A stretch of 64,000 nt of DNA from positions 24,144 to 88,143 of the forward strand of contig CAZUKV010000001.1 of NCBI GenBank assembly GCA_964621075.1, given 5' to 3'. The translations under genes were made by a program, and so were the position numbers. This stretch comes from an uncultured bacterium (GTDB lineage Bacteria; Macinerneyibacteriota; Macinerneyibacteria; Macinerneyibacteriales; Macinerneyibacteriaceae). The notes beneath the pieces were generated by a model. It ran no database searches. It was not told where the DNA came from and saw only the letters and a list, made by a program, of their open reading frames with translations. Numbering within the stretch: the stretch's first letter is position 1; each line of letters opens with the position of its first letter. Shown in pieces: positions 29,620 through 38,682 of the stretch.

Positions 29620-30099
29620 CTAAAGATCTTTTAACAAATTATTTATTTCTTCGCTCAATGTCTTTTTGACATTATTTATTGGCTTTTCTTCAATTTTACT
29701 GATCTGTTTTAATAATGTTTCAAGTTTATCAATAGTTTTTTTAGTTTCTTTTTGAAGTACTCCCAAGACTGTTTTTTCACCAAAAATAGTTACAAGCAGA
29801 TATTTTTCTCCAACCCTATTTATATCTATACTCTCTTTTTTGCCTTTGTGAAACATTACAGTAAACTTATTATCATTCATCATTCTTGCAAGTGCAGCAG
29901 TAGCAGCAAAATGACTTGCACTTAAAGAAGCAAGATCAACAGTATTAATATCACCTGTATATCCTGCTGCGGATATAAGATTTCCATTTATATCCACCAA
30001 AAAACAACATTTAGAGGAAGTTTCCCATATAAGATGTGATAAGATATCTTCTATTTTACCTTTAATCTTTTCATTAATATTCATATTATCTTCCCTCAC
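29620..30099 (-). CDS. Roadblock/LC7 domain protein, MglB paralogue (MglC-like position)
   Basis: Roadblock fold (CFLVDINGNLISAAG...DLASLSASHFAATAALARMM). Overlaps the mglA 3' end by 14 nt. Confidence 0.7.
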   Translation of the reverse strand: MREDNMNINEKIKGKIEDILSHLIWETSSKCCFLVDINGNLISAAGYTGDINTVDLASLSASHFAATAALARMMNDNKFTVMFHKGKKESIDINRVGEKYLLVTIFGEKTVLGVLQKETKKTIDKLETLLKQISKIEEKPINNVKKTLSEEINNLLKDL

Positions 30100-30673
30100 T
30101 TACCGATTTTAAAACCAATTTGCTTATTGCTTTTAAAGTATCAAACACCCCAATACCTTCAATTGCGATTGATTCAAATGAGAGATAATTATCTTTATTT
30201 AATTTTTCATCTAAAGTATCAGCATCCATCACATTAGGCAAATCCATTTTGTTATATTGAAGAACTAAAGGAATACTATCGGGATCTATATTTTGAGATT
30301 TTAAATTAACATTCAAATTTTTATAACTTTCAATGTTATCCTCAAGTCTTTCTTTCTGTGAATCAGCTACAAAAATTATTCCATCTGCACCTTTTAGAAT
30401 CAAACGCCTACTCGCATCATAATGAACCTGACCAGGAACTGTATATAAATGAAATCTTGTTTTAAAGCCCTGCACCTGCCCCAAATTCAATGGCAAAAAA
30501 TCAAAAAATAATGTCCTATCTGTTTCAGTTGCTAAAGATACCAGTTTGCCACGTGCATCTGCATCAATTTGTTTATAAACATATTTAATATTTGTAGTTT
30601 TACCCCCCAGTCCAGGACCATAATAAACTATTTTGCAATTAATTTCTCTTGATGCATAATTTATTAATGACAT
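30086..30673 (-). CDS. mglA: Ras-like small GTPase MglA
   Basis: Near-colinear with Myxococcus MglA as recalled from memory: INCKIVYYGPGLGGKTTN, TETDRTLFFDFLPL, FHLYTVPGQVHYDASR. Confidence 0.85.
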   Translation of the reverse strand: MSLINYASREINCKIVYYGPGLGGKTTNIKYVYKQIDADARGKLVSLATETDRTLFFDFLPLNLGQVQGFKTRFHLYTVPGQVHYDASRRLILKGADGIIFVADSQKERLEDNIESYKNLNVNLKSQNIDPDSIPLVLQYNKMDLPNVMDADTLDEKLNKDNYLSFESIAIEGIGVFDTLKAISKLVLKSVSEGR

Positions 30674-30693
30674 ACACCCTCCTTAAAGGAATT

Positions 30694-31191
30694 CTATTTA
30701 TCTTTAAAAAGATTATCTATTTCATCATCCAAAGATTTTGAAAAAGATTCATCAAATTTTGCTGTACCTTCTGATTTAGATTTTTCACTAAGTTCTTTTA
30801 ATAGTTTAACAAGTTCTTTTCTGCTTTTTTTCATCTCAAGCCGTACCAGCCCTAAAGAGGTTAGATCGGTTTTAAAAACAATAACCATAATAATATTTTG
30901 AGCAACAATAGATATATGTATGCTCTCTGTATCCCCTTCATGAAAAAGAACTGTAAACTCTTCTTCTCCAATTAATTTTGCCAGTTCACTTGTTGCGGCA
31001 AAATTACCCGCTGAAAGAGAAGCAAATGCAGCAGAATCAACTGTTTCCATATCTCCACGCATTCCTATTAATTGTCCACTTTTATCAACAAGAAAAGCAC
31101 ATTCAGCAGTTGACCTTTCAAGGAGATCATCAAGTACTTCATTGATTTGGTTAAACCCATCTTCAGGAATTATTAATCCATCTTTTGACAT
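30694..31191 (-). CDS. mglB: MglB (Roadblock/LC7 GTPase-activating protein of MglA)
   Basis: CAFLVDKSGQLIG...SLSAGNFAATSELAKLIGEEEF...SLGLVRLEMKK and a C-terminal DDEIDNLF tail, as in Myxococcus MglB. Confidence 0.8.
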   Translation of the reverse strand: MSKDGLIIPEDGFNQINEVLDDLLERSTAECAFLVDKSGQLIGMRGDMETVDSAAFASLSAGNFAATSELAKLIGEEEFTVLFHEGDTESIHISIVAQNIIMVIVFKTDLTSLGLVRLEMKKSRKELVKLLKELSEKSKSEGTAKFDESFSKSLDDEIDNLFKDK

Positions 31192-31208
31192 ATAAACCTC
31201 CTAATTAC

Positions 31209-31250
31209 TCTAATTATTATATAATTTAAACCCCTATATGTCAATTAAAA
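31209..31250 (-). promoter_or_regulatory. Near-consensus sigma70 promoter for the mglB-mglA-mglB2-PATAN operon (TTGACA-N17-TATAAT on the minus strand)
   Basis: The minus strand reads TTGACA (plus 31244-31239), tataggggtttaaatta, TATAAT (plus 31221-31216), about 25 nt upstream of the mglB ATG at 31191. Confidence 0.55.
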
Positions 31251-31350
31251 ATTATTTTACAAACTAAATGATTGATATTTGCTTTTTAAATTAAATATTC
31301 AGCATAATTTTTGCTTTTAAATTAACAATTTAAACCCATAAATTTTTAAT

Positions 31351-32319
31351 TTAATTGACCTTATTTTCTTTTTTTATATTGTATTTTTTTATTAATTTTG
31401 ATAAATATGAAGGCTCAATTTCCATCTCTTCGGCTGTCTTTTTTTGATTCCAGTTATTTTTATTTAATTTACTCAACAAGTATTCTTTTCTAAATTTTTC
31501 TACTGCTTTTTTATATGACATATTTATAAATTTAGTTTTTTCTTCTTCTGTATATATATTTAAATTTCTCACATGTGGTTTAACATCGCCAATAGTTATT
31601 TCTTTACTATTTTTTAAAAATATACTAATTCTTTTTAAATTATTTATTAGTTCTCTAACATTTCCATACCAGGGTTGTTCTTTAAGAAAATTATATACCT
31701 TTTTATCAATTTCAGGTAGAAAACCAAATTCTTTTTTAAAAAAATAATCAACTAATTCGGGAATATCTTTTTTTCTTTCCCTGAGAGGTGGAATAAATAT
31801 TGAAATAACATTCAACCTATAGAACAAATCTTCTCTGAATTTCTTTTTTCTTATCATTTTTTTTAAATCACGATTTGTTGAGGTAATAAACCTAACATCT
31901 ATATCAATCTGTTTATTTCCTCCCAATCTATGAAAAGATTTTTCCTGTATTACTCTTAACAATTTTACCTGTAAATTTAATGATAACTCTCCAATTTCAT
32001 CAAGGAAAAGACTCCCATTGTTTGCAGCTTCCAGTTTGCCAGGTTTTTGCTTTTTAGCTCCTGTAAAGGCTCCTTGTTCATAACCAAATAATTCTGATTC
32101 CATTAAATTAGCGGGAATTGCTCCTGCATTAATTGGCACGAATTTTTCATTTTTCCTTCTACTCAAATAATGAATCCAATGCGCTACTACCTCTTTACCA
32201 ACACCTGTTTCGCCCTGAATTAGAACTGTAACATCATATTTTGAAATTTTAGCAATCTTCTTTCTAATTTCTTTAACCGAAGTAGAAACTCCACTCAAAG
32301 GAATAGGTTCTTTTTTCAT
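31351..32319 (-). CDS. Sigma54-dependent transcriptional activator (AAA+ plus C-terminal HTH) lacking an N-terminal regulatory domain (PspF/HrpR-like layout)
   Basis: Walker A GETGVGKE, the sigma54-contact GAFTGA motif (ESELFGYEQGAFTGA), an arginine finger, and a Fis-type HTH at the C-terminus. The protein begins directly with the AAA+ domain. Confidence 0.8.
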   Translation of the reverse strand: MKKEPIPLSGVSTSVKEIRKKIAKISKYDVTVLIQGETGVGKEVVAHWIHYLSRRKNEKFVPINAGAIPANLMESELFGYEQGAFTGAKKQKPGKLEAANNGSLFLDEIGELSLNLQVKLLRVIQEKSFHRLGGNKQIDIDVRFITSTNRDLKKMIRKKKFREDLFYRLNVISIFIPPLRERKKDIPELVDYFFKKEFGFLPEIDKKVYNFLKEQPWYGNVRELINNLKRISIFLKNSKEITIGDVKPHVRNLNIYTEEEKTKFINMSYKKAVEKFRKEYLLSKLNKNNWNQKKTAEEMEIEPSYLSKLIKKYNIKKENKVN

Positions 32320-32370
32320 TGTATTACTCCAGGGAGGGTTTAAAACCCTCCCGTAATTTAATTTAAAAAT

Positions 32371-33366
32371 TTATATTATTTTTGAAATATCACTTTCAAG
32401 AATTTTTGTTAGCAGGTCAATTGTATTTTGCACATCATCTTTTGATAATACTTCTGAAACAGAATGAATATATCTTGTTGGTATGGATAAAACACCAGCT
32501 AAAATACCGGATTTTGTAAGATTAATAGCACCAGCATCTGTACCACCGTACTGTAAAACTTCTAATTGATATTTTATTTTATTTTTTTCTGCTACTTTAA
32601 TAAAAAAATCTTTAACCTTCTTGGGAACAAGAACAGATCTATCTTTTACTTTTATAGCAACTCCATTCCTCAATTTCATGGGCATTTTCTTTGCTTCAGG
32701 GGTATCTGCACTTCCAGTAACATCTATTGCTATACCCAGATCAGGATCAAGATTATATGCTGATGCTTTTGCTCCTCTTAAACCTACTTCTTCCTGGGAT
32801 GTAAAAACAAAATATATTTCGTTATCCGTTTTTTTAAGCTTCTCTGCTGCTTTTATAGCTACAGCACAACCCACCCTATCATCCATGGATTTAGCTACAT
32901 AAAGATCATTTAATTCATCAAAATTATTAACAAAAGCACCAAAAAATCCTTCTCCAAGCATTTCTCTTGCTTCTTTTTTACTTTTAGCACCAATATCAAT
33001 ATATAATTTATCAAACTCAATTTCAGATAATTTTTTTACCGGCTCAATTCCTACAACTCCTTTAACTCCATTTTCAAAAATTACCCTCTGATAAATACAT
33101 CTTACAGGGGATACTCCTCCAACAGGAGAAAAACGCAAAAATCCATTTTTTGTTACATGTGTAGTTATTATACCAATCTCATCCATATGAGAAGCTACCA
33201 TTATTTTTGGACCTTTACCTTTTTTAATACAAATTAGATTCCCCATGGAGTCTTCTTTTATTTCATCTACGTGATTTTCCATTTTTTTTGTTATAATTTC
33301 TCTAATTTTATCCTCCCGGCCTGAAGGACCAAATGTTTCAACAACTTCTTTAATTAGCTTTTTCAT
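32371..33366 (-). CDS. M42 family (TET/FrvX-like) aminopeptidase, paralogue 3
   Basis: M42 metal ligands (HMDEIG...DDR...EEVG). Third of three tandem paralogues. Confidence 0.8.
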   Translation of the reverse strand: MKKLIKEVVETFGPSGREDKIREIITKKMENHVDEIKEDSMGNLICIKKGKGPKIMVASHMDEIGIITTHVTKNGFLRFSPVGGVSPVRCIYQRVIFENGVKGVVGIEPVKKLSEIEFDKLYIDIGAKSKKEAREMLGEGFFGAFVNNFDELNDLYVAKSMDDRVGCAVAIKAAEKLKKTDNEIYFVFTSQEEVGLRGAKASAYNLDPDLGIAIDVTGSADTPEAKKMPMKLRNGVAIKVKDRSVLVPKKVKDFFIKVAEKNKIKYQLEVLQYGGTDAGAINLTKSGILAGVLSIPTRYIHSVSEVLSKDDVQNTIDLLTKILESDISKII

Positions 33367-34403
33367 AAGACCTCCTTAAAATTTTTCAATCCATTTATTG
33401 CTAAATTTGCTGTATTTTTGTAATCTTCAAGAGCCATAATACCTCTTGGGGCATGAATATATCTAACCGGAGTAGATATTACAATAGATGGGATTCCTCC
33501 TTTAGTATGGATAACACCTATATCGGTCCCACCAGTTACACTCCTCTTATATTGATATGGAATATTATTTTTTTCAGCTGTTCTTTCAAAATGCTCTTTT
33601 AACTTTCTAAAGCCAATGGTTGTTCTATCCATAACTGTTATTGAAGGCCCCTTTCTCATTTGAGTTGATGGTGATTGATCCCTTTTTTCAGGATCAGGAA
33701 CATCCCCAGCAGTAGTTCCCTCAAAAGCAATAACATAATCTGGTTTTTCCCTTTCGGCTAAAACCGAAGCTCCTCTAAGCCCAACTTCTTCCTGCACTGT
33801 AAAAACTGCAATAATATCTACAGGATAATGCTGATCATCTTCAAGCCCCCTCAATATCTCCGTTATAATTCCACAACCAGCACGATCATCGAAAGCTTTA
33901 CCGAAAAGTACATCCTCCTGCATCTCAAATTTAGTATTAAAGGTTGCATAATCCCCTTTACTTATGTAGGATTTTGCTTTTTTTTGATTTTTAGCTCCAA
34001 TATCTATATACAATTTCTGCATGGGAATAGGTTTTTTCCATTCACTCCTGTTCTGCAGATGAATTGGTTTGGCTCCAAGTACTCCTGGAATTTTATCCTT
34101 CCCAATTAAAACTCTTTTGGATACCAGGATTCTTGGATCTATCCCCCCCACTCTTCTAAAATGTAAAAATCCATTTTTGGTAACACCATCTATCATAAAG
34201 CCTATTTCATCCATATGTGCAATGACCATAACTTTTTTTGCATTTTTTTCGCCACACTTTTTATATCCATAGAGATTTCCCATGAAATCTGTTTTTATGC
34301 TATCAACATTATCTTTTAGTGATTCTTTTATTACTTCTCTAATCTCATCTTCATATCCTGAAACACCAAATGCATTTGAATATTTTTCTAATAGATCAAT
34401 CAA
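33363..34403 (-). CDS. M42 family aminopeptidase, paralogue 2
   Basis: HMDEIGFMI, DDRAGC and QEEVGLRG motifs. 4-nt overlaps with its neighbours. Confidence 0.8.
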   Translation of the reverse strand: MIDLLEKYSNAFGVSGYEDEIREVIKESLKDNVDSIKTDFMGNLYGYKKCGEKNAKKVMVIAHMDEIGFMIDGVTKNGFLHFRRVGGIDPRILVSKRVLIGKDKIPGVLGAKPIHLQNRSEWKKPIPMQKLYIDIGAKNQKKAKSYISKGDYATFNTKFEMQEDVLFGKAFDDRAGCGIITEILRGLEDDQHYPVDIIAVFTVQEEVGLRGASVLAEREKPDYVIAFEGTTAGDVPDPEKRDQSPSTQMRKGPSITVMDRTTIGFRKLKEHFERTAEKNNIPYQYKRSVTGGTDIGVIHTKGGIPSIVISTPVRYIHAPRGIMALEDYKNTANLAINGLKNFKEVL

Positions 34404-35443
34404 TGCTCTACCTCCTTATAATATTTGTCCACTTCAGATACAAATAGGGCTAATATCTTCGCCATTCTCTTTATATCCTTTAAGTTAAGAGTTTCAACGG
34501 TAGTATGCATGTATCTTAATGGAATCCCCATCTGTATAACGGGAACACCTTCTCCTGAAATTTGAAATGAATAAGCATCAGTTCCACCGGGTCTTGGTAT
34601 AAAAGTTTCCTGATATTTTATTTCCCAGTTTTCTGCCAGTTTTTTTATCTTATCTGTTAATCCAGGATGGAAGTTAGGTCCCATTGCGATGGTCCCTCCA
34701 TTCCCAAGTTTAACAACTTCATATTTATTTGATCCTGGTGAAAATCCAAATGTTACATCTATAACAACTCCAACATTTGGTTTAATTTCATAAGCCGACA
34801 TTGCTGCACCTCTAACACCAACTTCCTCCTGACATGTTCCAACCATATAAACATCCCAGTTGTGTTTTAAATTACTCAACACTTTCAGTACTTCTATTAA
34901 TACTAAAACACCCGCTCTATTATCCATGGCCTGTGAAGCATAACAATCATCTTTTAATTTAACACAGCTTGTATCAAAAATTATTGAATCCCCGATGGAT
35001 ACATTCTCTTTTATAAAATCTGCCTTGAGTCCTGTATCAATATATAAATCATCCAGAGGTGTAACTTTCTTTCTATCTTTAGGTTTTTGCAAATGAGGAG
35101 GAACACTTCCAATGATTCCTTTGATCTTCTCTTTCCCCTGAATTTCTACATTTTGCCCCAGCAAAACTCTGGGATCATGTCCCCCAATTGGAACAAAATA
35201 AATAAATCCATTTTTATCAATTTTATTTACCATTAAACCAATTTGATCAAGATGAGATGCAAACATGATTTTTCCGTTAGATTTTGCACCCTTTTTAATT
35301 CCATACACATTATTAAACTTGTCAATATATGCTTCATCAGAATATTGTGAAAAAAATTTTCTTATGACCTCCGCAGCTTCAAATTCATCACCTGAAATGC
35401 CAGATGACTCAGTTAACGATCTTAATATCTCTCTTGTGCTCAA
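34400..35443 (-). CDS. M42 family aminopeptidase, paralogue 1
   Basis: HLDQIGLMV, DNRAG and QEEVGVRG motifs. Confidence 0.8.
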   Translation of the reverse strand: MSTREILRSLTESSGISGDEFEAAEVIRKFFSQYSDEAYIDKFNNVYGIKKGAKSNGKIMFASHLDQIGLMVNKIDKNGFIYFVPIGGHDPRVLLGQNVEIQGKEKIKGIIGSVPPHLQKPKDRKKVTPLDDLYIDTGLKADFIKENVSIGDSIIFDTSCVKLKDDCYASQAMDNRAGVLVLIEVLKVLSNLKHNWDVYMVGTCQEEVGVRGAAMSAYEIKPNVGVVIDVTFGFSPGSNKYEVVKLGNGGTIAMGPNFHPGLTDKIKKLAENWEIKYQETFIPRPGGTDAYSFQISGEGVPVIQMGIPLRYMHTTVETLNLKDIKRMAKILALFVSEVDKYYKEVEH

Positions 35444-35473
35444 TTAGTTACCTCCTTTCAAAACAATAACAAC

Positions 35474-35501
35474 TTGACACTTAATATATTTTATTTATAA
35501 T
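35474..35501 (+). promoter_or_regulatory. Putative sigma70 promoter of the TPR gene (TTGACA-N16-TATAAT)
   Basis: TTGACA at 35474-35479 and TATAAT at 35496-35501. GGGGAGG RBS precedes the ATG at 35551. The -35 context AACTTGACACTTAAT also occurs in the 61-bp repeat. Confidence 0.45.
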
Positions 35502-35550
35502 ATTCAACATGTCAAGATTATAAACTTTAATTATTAAGGGGAGGTCTTAA

Positions 35551-36486
35551 ATGTTAAAAAATTTTTGGGTTATAGTTATAATATTTACACTCACTTTTGC
35601 TGCAGTAGCTAATGATGCATCAAAACTATTTAATGAAGGAAAAAAATTGTTTGAACAAAAAAAATATCAGGAAGCTGCTAATAAATTTGTAAAAGCTTCT
35701 TTAGCTGATAAGAAACACGTAAAATCACGGATAGCACTTGCAAAAAGTTATATGGCAATGAATAAGTTTCAGAAAGCAGTTGCACCTTTAAAAGAAATTA
35801 TAAATATCGAACCTAACAACGAAACTGCTCTTGAATTACTGATTCAAACTTACTACAATTTGAAAAATTATACAGAAGTTGTTAATTATGGAAAAAAATA
35901 TAAACAGATTGCTAAAAACCCAACAAATACTGCATATTATCTTCTGGGAAATAGCTATTACAATTTAAAATCCTGGGCACAATCTTTAAATGCTTATAAA
36001 AAAGCTGTATCATTAGATGGCAAGGATTACAAGTCTTTATATAAAATAGGAAAAATTAATTATATGGCTAAAAAATATCCTAAAGCTTTAGAATATTTTG
36101 AAAAATCAGGAAAAATAAACAGCAATTATATTTATACCTTTTACTACAAAGGACTTGCTTACTATAAACAAAAAAATTATTCAGAGGCAGCTAAAGCTTT
36201 TGAACAGACAACAAAAATCAAACCTAATTTCACCAAAGGATATTACTTTCTAATGATAACAAATATTAAAAGAGAAAATTATCAGGATACTGTAAAATAT
36301 GGAACACAGTTATTAAAATATCAAAAAAATGCTAAGAACTACTATTATATTGGAATTGCTTATGACAAATTGAATCAGCCTAAAACAGCTTATAATTATT
36401 TCAATAAAGGGGCTGCTTATTCCGGTAAATTTGCTGAAAGATGCGCAAAATACGCTAAATATTTAAAAAGTTCTAAACTTAAGTAA
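35551..36486 (+). CDS. Secreted TPR-repeat protein
   Basis: Signal peptide plus about 8 TPR-like repeats (recurrent A-x-x-Y/F...G-x-Y...A periodicity). Confidence 0.6.
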   Translation: MLKNFWVIVIIFTLTFAAVANDASKLFNEGKKLFEQKKYQEAANKFVKASLADKKHVKSRIALAKSYMAMNKFQKAVAPLKEIINIEPNNETALELLIQTYYNLKNYTEVVNYGKKYKQIAKNPTNTAYYLLGNSYYNLKSWAQSLNAYKKAVSLDGKDYKSLYKIGKINYMAKKYPKALEYFEKSGKINSNYIYTFYYKGLAYYKQKNYSEAAKAFEQTTKIKPNFTKGYYFLMITNIKRENYQDTVKYGTQLLKYQKNAKNYYYIGIAYDKLNQPKTAYNYFNKGAAYSGKFAERCAKYAKYLKSSKLK

Positions 36487-36499
36487 TCTTTATTTAAAT

Positions 36500-36537
36500 G
36501 GGTAAATAGATATATCTATTTACCCAATCTTTTTTTT
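36500..36537. terminator. Rho-independent terminator (possibly bidirectional) between the TPR gene and the convergent sigma-factor gene
   Basis: GGGTAAATAG-atatat-CTATTTACCC hairpin followed by a T run. Confidence 0.55.
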
Positions 36538-36809
36538 ATAATTCTAAAATTAGAAGAATAACTTTATCTAATTTATTATAATAATTCAGACAAATATTAT
36601 CTATTTTTAACAAAATATTACTAAAAAAAAACATAAAATTTTTGAAAAATTAATTTTTAAAGAAATCTATTATCTTTTAATATTTAATTATTTTAAACAA
36701 TCCTTAAAAAAATCAAATTTCACTAATATCCAAATCATCAATCACGTTTTCCTAAAAGAAAATATTCAGAAAAATTTTGTGAAATTATATTCTGACAAGA
36801 AAGTATCCT

Positions 36810-37415
36810 TTAATACCTGGTATATTTAATATATTTATCAATCATTTTTTTTAATTTTTTTCTGGCACGGTATAATCTACTCTTAACCTGAGAGATTGTT
36901 AGATTTAATTCAGATGCTACCTCTTTATATTTTTTCCCTTCAAAAGCCACTTTTTCAAGAATATTTTGATAATGATCCGGGAGCTCATCAATTGCCATTT
37001 TTACTTTTCTTTTAAGCTCCTTTAATTCGACTTTTTCATCCATAGTTTTTTTATCTGCTTTTTCAAATTTATCCATGGGATTTTCAATATTTTTAAATTT
37101 TTTCCTCTTTTCCTTTTCCCTAAGGTACATCCTTCCTTCATTTTTAACAATTACATACAACCATGATGTAAATTTAGAATTCTCTTTAAATTGATCAATC
37201 TTTTTATAAACTTTTAGAAAAGAGTTTTGAACTATTTCTTCAATTATATTTTCTTCTCTTGAAAAACTGTATGCAAGTTTGCGAACAAAGGTACGATATC
37301 TTTCAAAAATAACTTCAAATGCCTTTATATCTCCATCTTTCATAAGATGAATTAATTTAATATCCTCGAATTCTTTATAATTTTTGCCCATATTTATTAA
37401 AAACCCTTTCAACAT
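36810..37415 (-). CDS. ECF-type sigma-70 family RNA polymerase sigma factor (the true start may be the internal Met at about 37391)
   Basis: Region 2 (FLKVYKKIDQF...FTSWLYVIVKN) and region 4 HTH (YKEVASELNLTISQVKSRLYRARKKLK). Confidence 0.7.
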   Translation of the reverse strand: MLKGFLINMGKNYKEFEDIKLIHLMKDGDIKAFEVIFERYRTFVRKLAYSFSREENIIEEIVQNSFLKVYKKIDQFKENSKFTSWLYVIVKNEGRMYLREKEKRKKFKNIENPMDKFEKADKKTMDEKVELKELKRKVKMAIDELPDHYQNILEKVAFEGKKYKEVASELNLTISQVKSRLYRARKKLKKMIDKYIKYTRY

Positions 37416-38682
37416 CTGTCATTAAATAAAAAGAACCATGTATTAAAATTACATCCTCTTTACTGGATTTTTCAAGGGAAAACTTGAAGGCTTCCTCAAA
37501 GTTTTTAAAAGTTCCAAATGGATTACAATATTCTATCATCTCATCAATATTAGCACTTCTAAAAGAACTATTTTCTGTCAGAATAACCTTGGTATTGTAA
37601 TTTTTTTCAATTTGCAGCATTTTTTTTATCTTTTTCCCTGAAGAATATGACACAACAGAGTATATCTTTCTATTCTGAAACTCTCTCTTTAATGTTTTAA
37701 AAAGCGCTTTTACAGATTCAGGTGTATGCGCCACATCCAGTATTACTGTTCTTTCTAGTAATTTTTTTTTCTGAATCCTTCCTTTTAAAACCGTATTATT
37801 TATTGCATTTAATGATTTTTGGATATCTAACTCCGGAAGTATCTGCATCAATCCATAAAAAGCGGATACTGAGTTCAACTTTTGATGTTTTCCCAACATT
37901 TTCATATTTATTTTCCCCAGCTGTTTTTCATTAAAATATATTTTGTTTTCTTTTATATAAAAATCTTTTCCATATATAAAAATAGGAGAGCTTTCACTTT
38001 CAGCTATTTTGTTAAAGATTTCAACTGATACTTTATACCTCTGTTTATTAACAACAACAGGAGTCCTTTTTTTTATTATTCCACCTTTCTCTTTGGAAAT
38101 TGATTCTATTGTAGTCCCTAAAATGTTTGTGTGCTCATAATCAATTAGTGATATAATGGAAAGTTCAGGTGAAATAACATTTGTAGCATCCAGTCGTCCC
38201 CCCAAACCAACTTCATATACTGCAAAGTCTACATTTTTATCATTGAAATAGAGAAAACTTAAAAGTGTTATTAATTCAAAAAAAGTTCTATATTTTTTTT
38301 CCATTTTATTTTTATTAATTTTATTTTTAATCATTTCCGTATAATAGGCAAAATCATTTTTGGATATTTTTTCCCCATTTAAACTAATACGCTCTCTTAC
38401 ATCTACAAGATGTGGAGAAGTAAATGTCCCCACACTATAACCATTAGACATTAAAATATTTTTTATAAATTCTACTGTTGAGCCTTTCCCCTTGCTTCCA
38501 GCTACATGAATAGTTTTAAATTTATTTTGAGGGTTATCAAAATTTTTAAGAAGAGTTTTAAATTTTTTTAAATTGTAATTCTCTTCCGTATAATCAACAT
38601 TTTTTTTCTTCTCATAATTTATAAATGAATTTAAAAATTTATTTGCTTTTTTATAATTAAAATCAATCATAATTTTATCCAA
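37375..38682 (-). CDS. folC: Folylpolyglutamate synthase / dihydrofolate synthase
   Basis: Mur-ligase P-loop HVAGSKGKGST and FTSPHLVDVRERI. Confidence 0.8.
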   Translation of the reverse strand: MDKIMIDFNYKKANKFLNSFINYEKKKNVDYTEENYNLKKFKTLLKNFDNPQNKFKTIHVAGSKGKGSTVEFIKNILMSNGYSVGTFTSPHLVDVRERISLNGEKISKNDFAYYTEMIKNKINKNKMEKKYRTFFELITLLSFLYFNDKNVDFAVYEVGLGGRLDATNVISPELSIISLIDYEHTNILGTTIESISKEKGGIIKKRTPVVVNKQRYKVSVEIFNKIAESESSPIFIYGKDFYIKENKIYFNEKQLGKINMKMLGKHQKLNSVSAFYGLMQILPELDIQKSLNAINNTVLKGRIQKKKLLERTVILDVAHTPESVKALFKTLKREFQNRKIYSVVSYSSGKKIKKMLQIEKNYNTKVILTENSSFRSANIDEMIEYCNPFGTFKNFEEAFKFSLEKSSKEDVILIHGSFYLMTDVERVFNKYGQKL

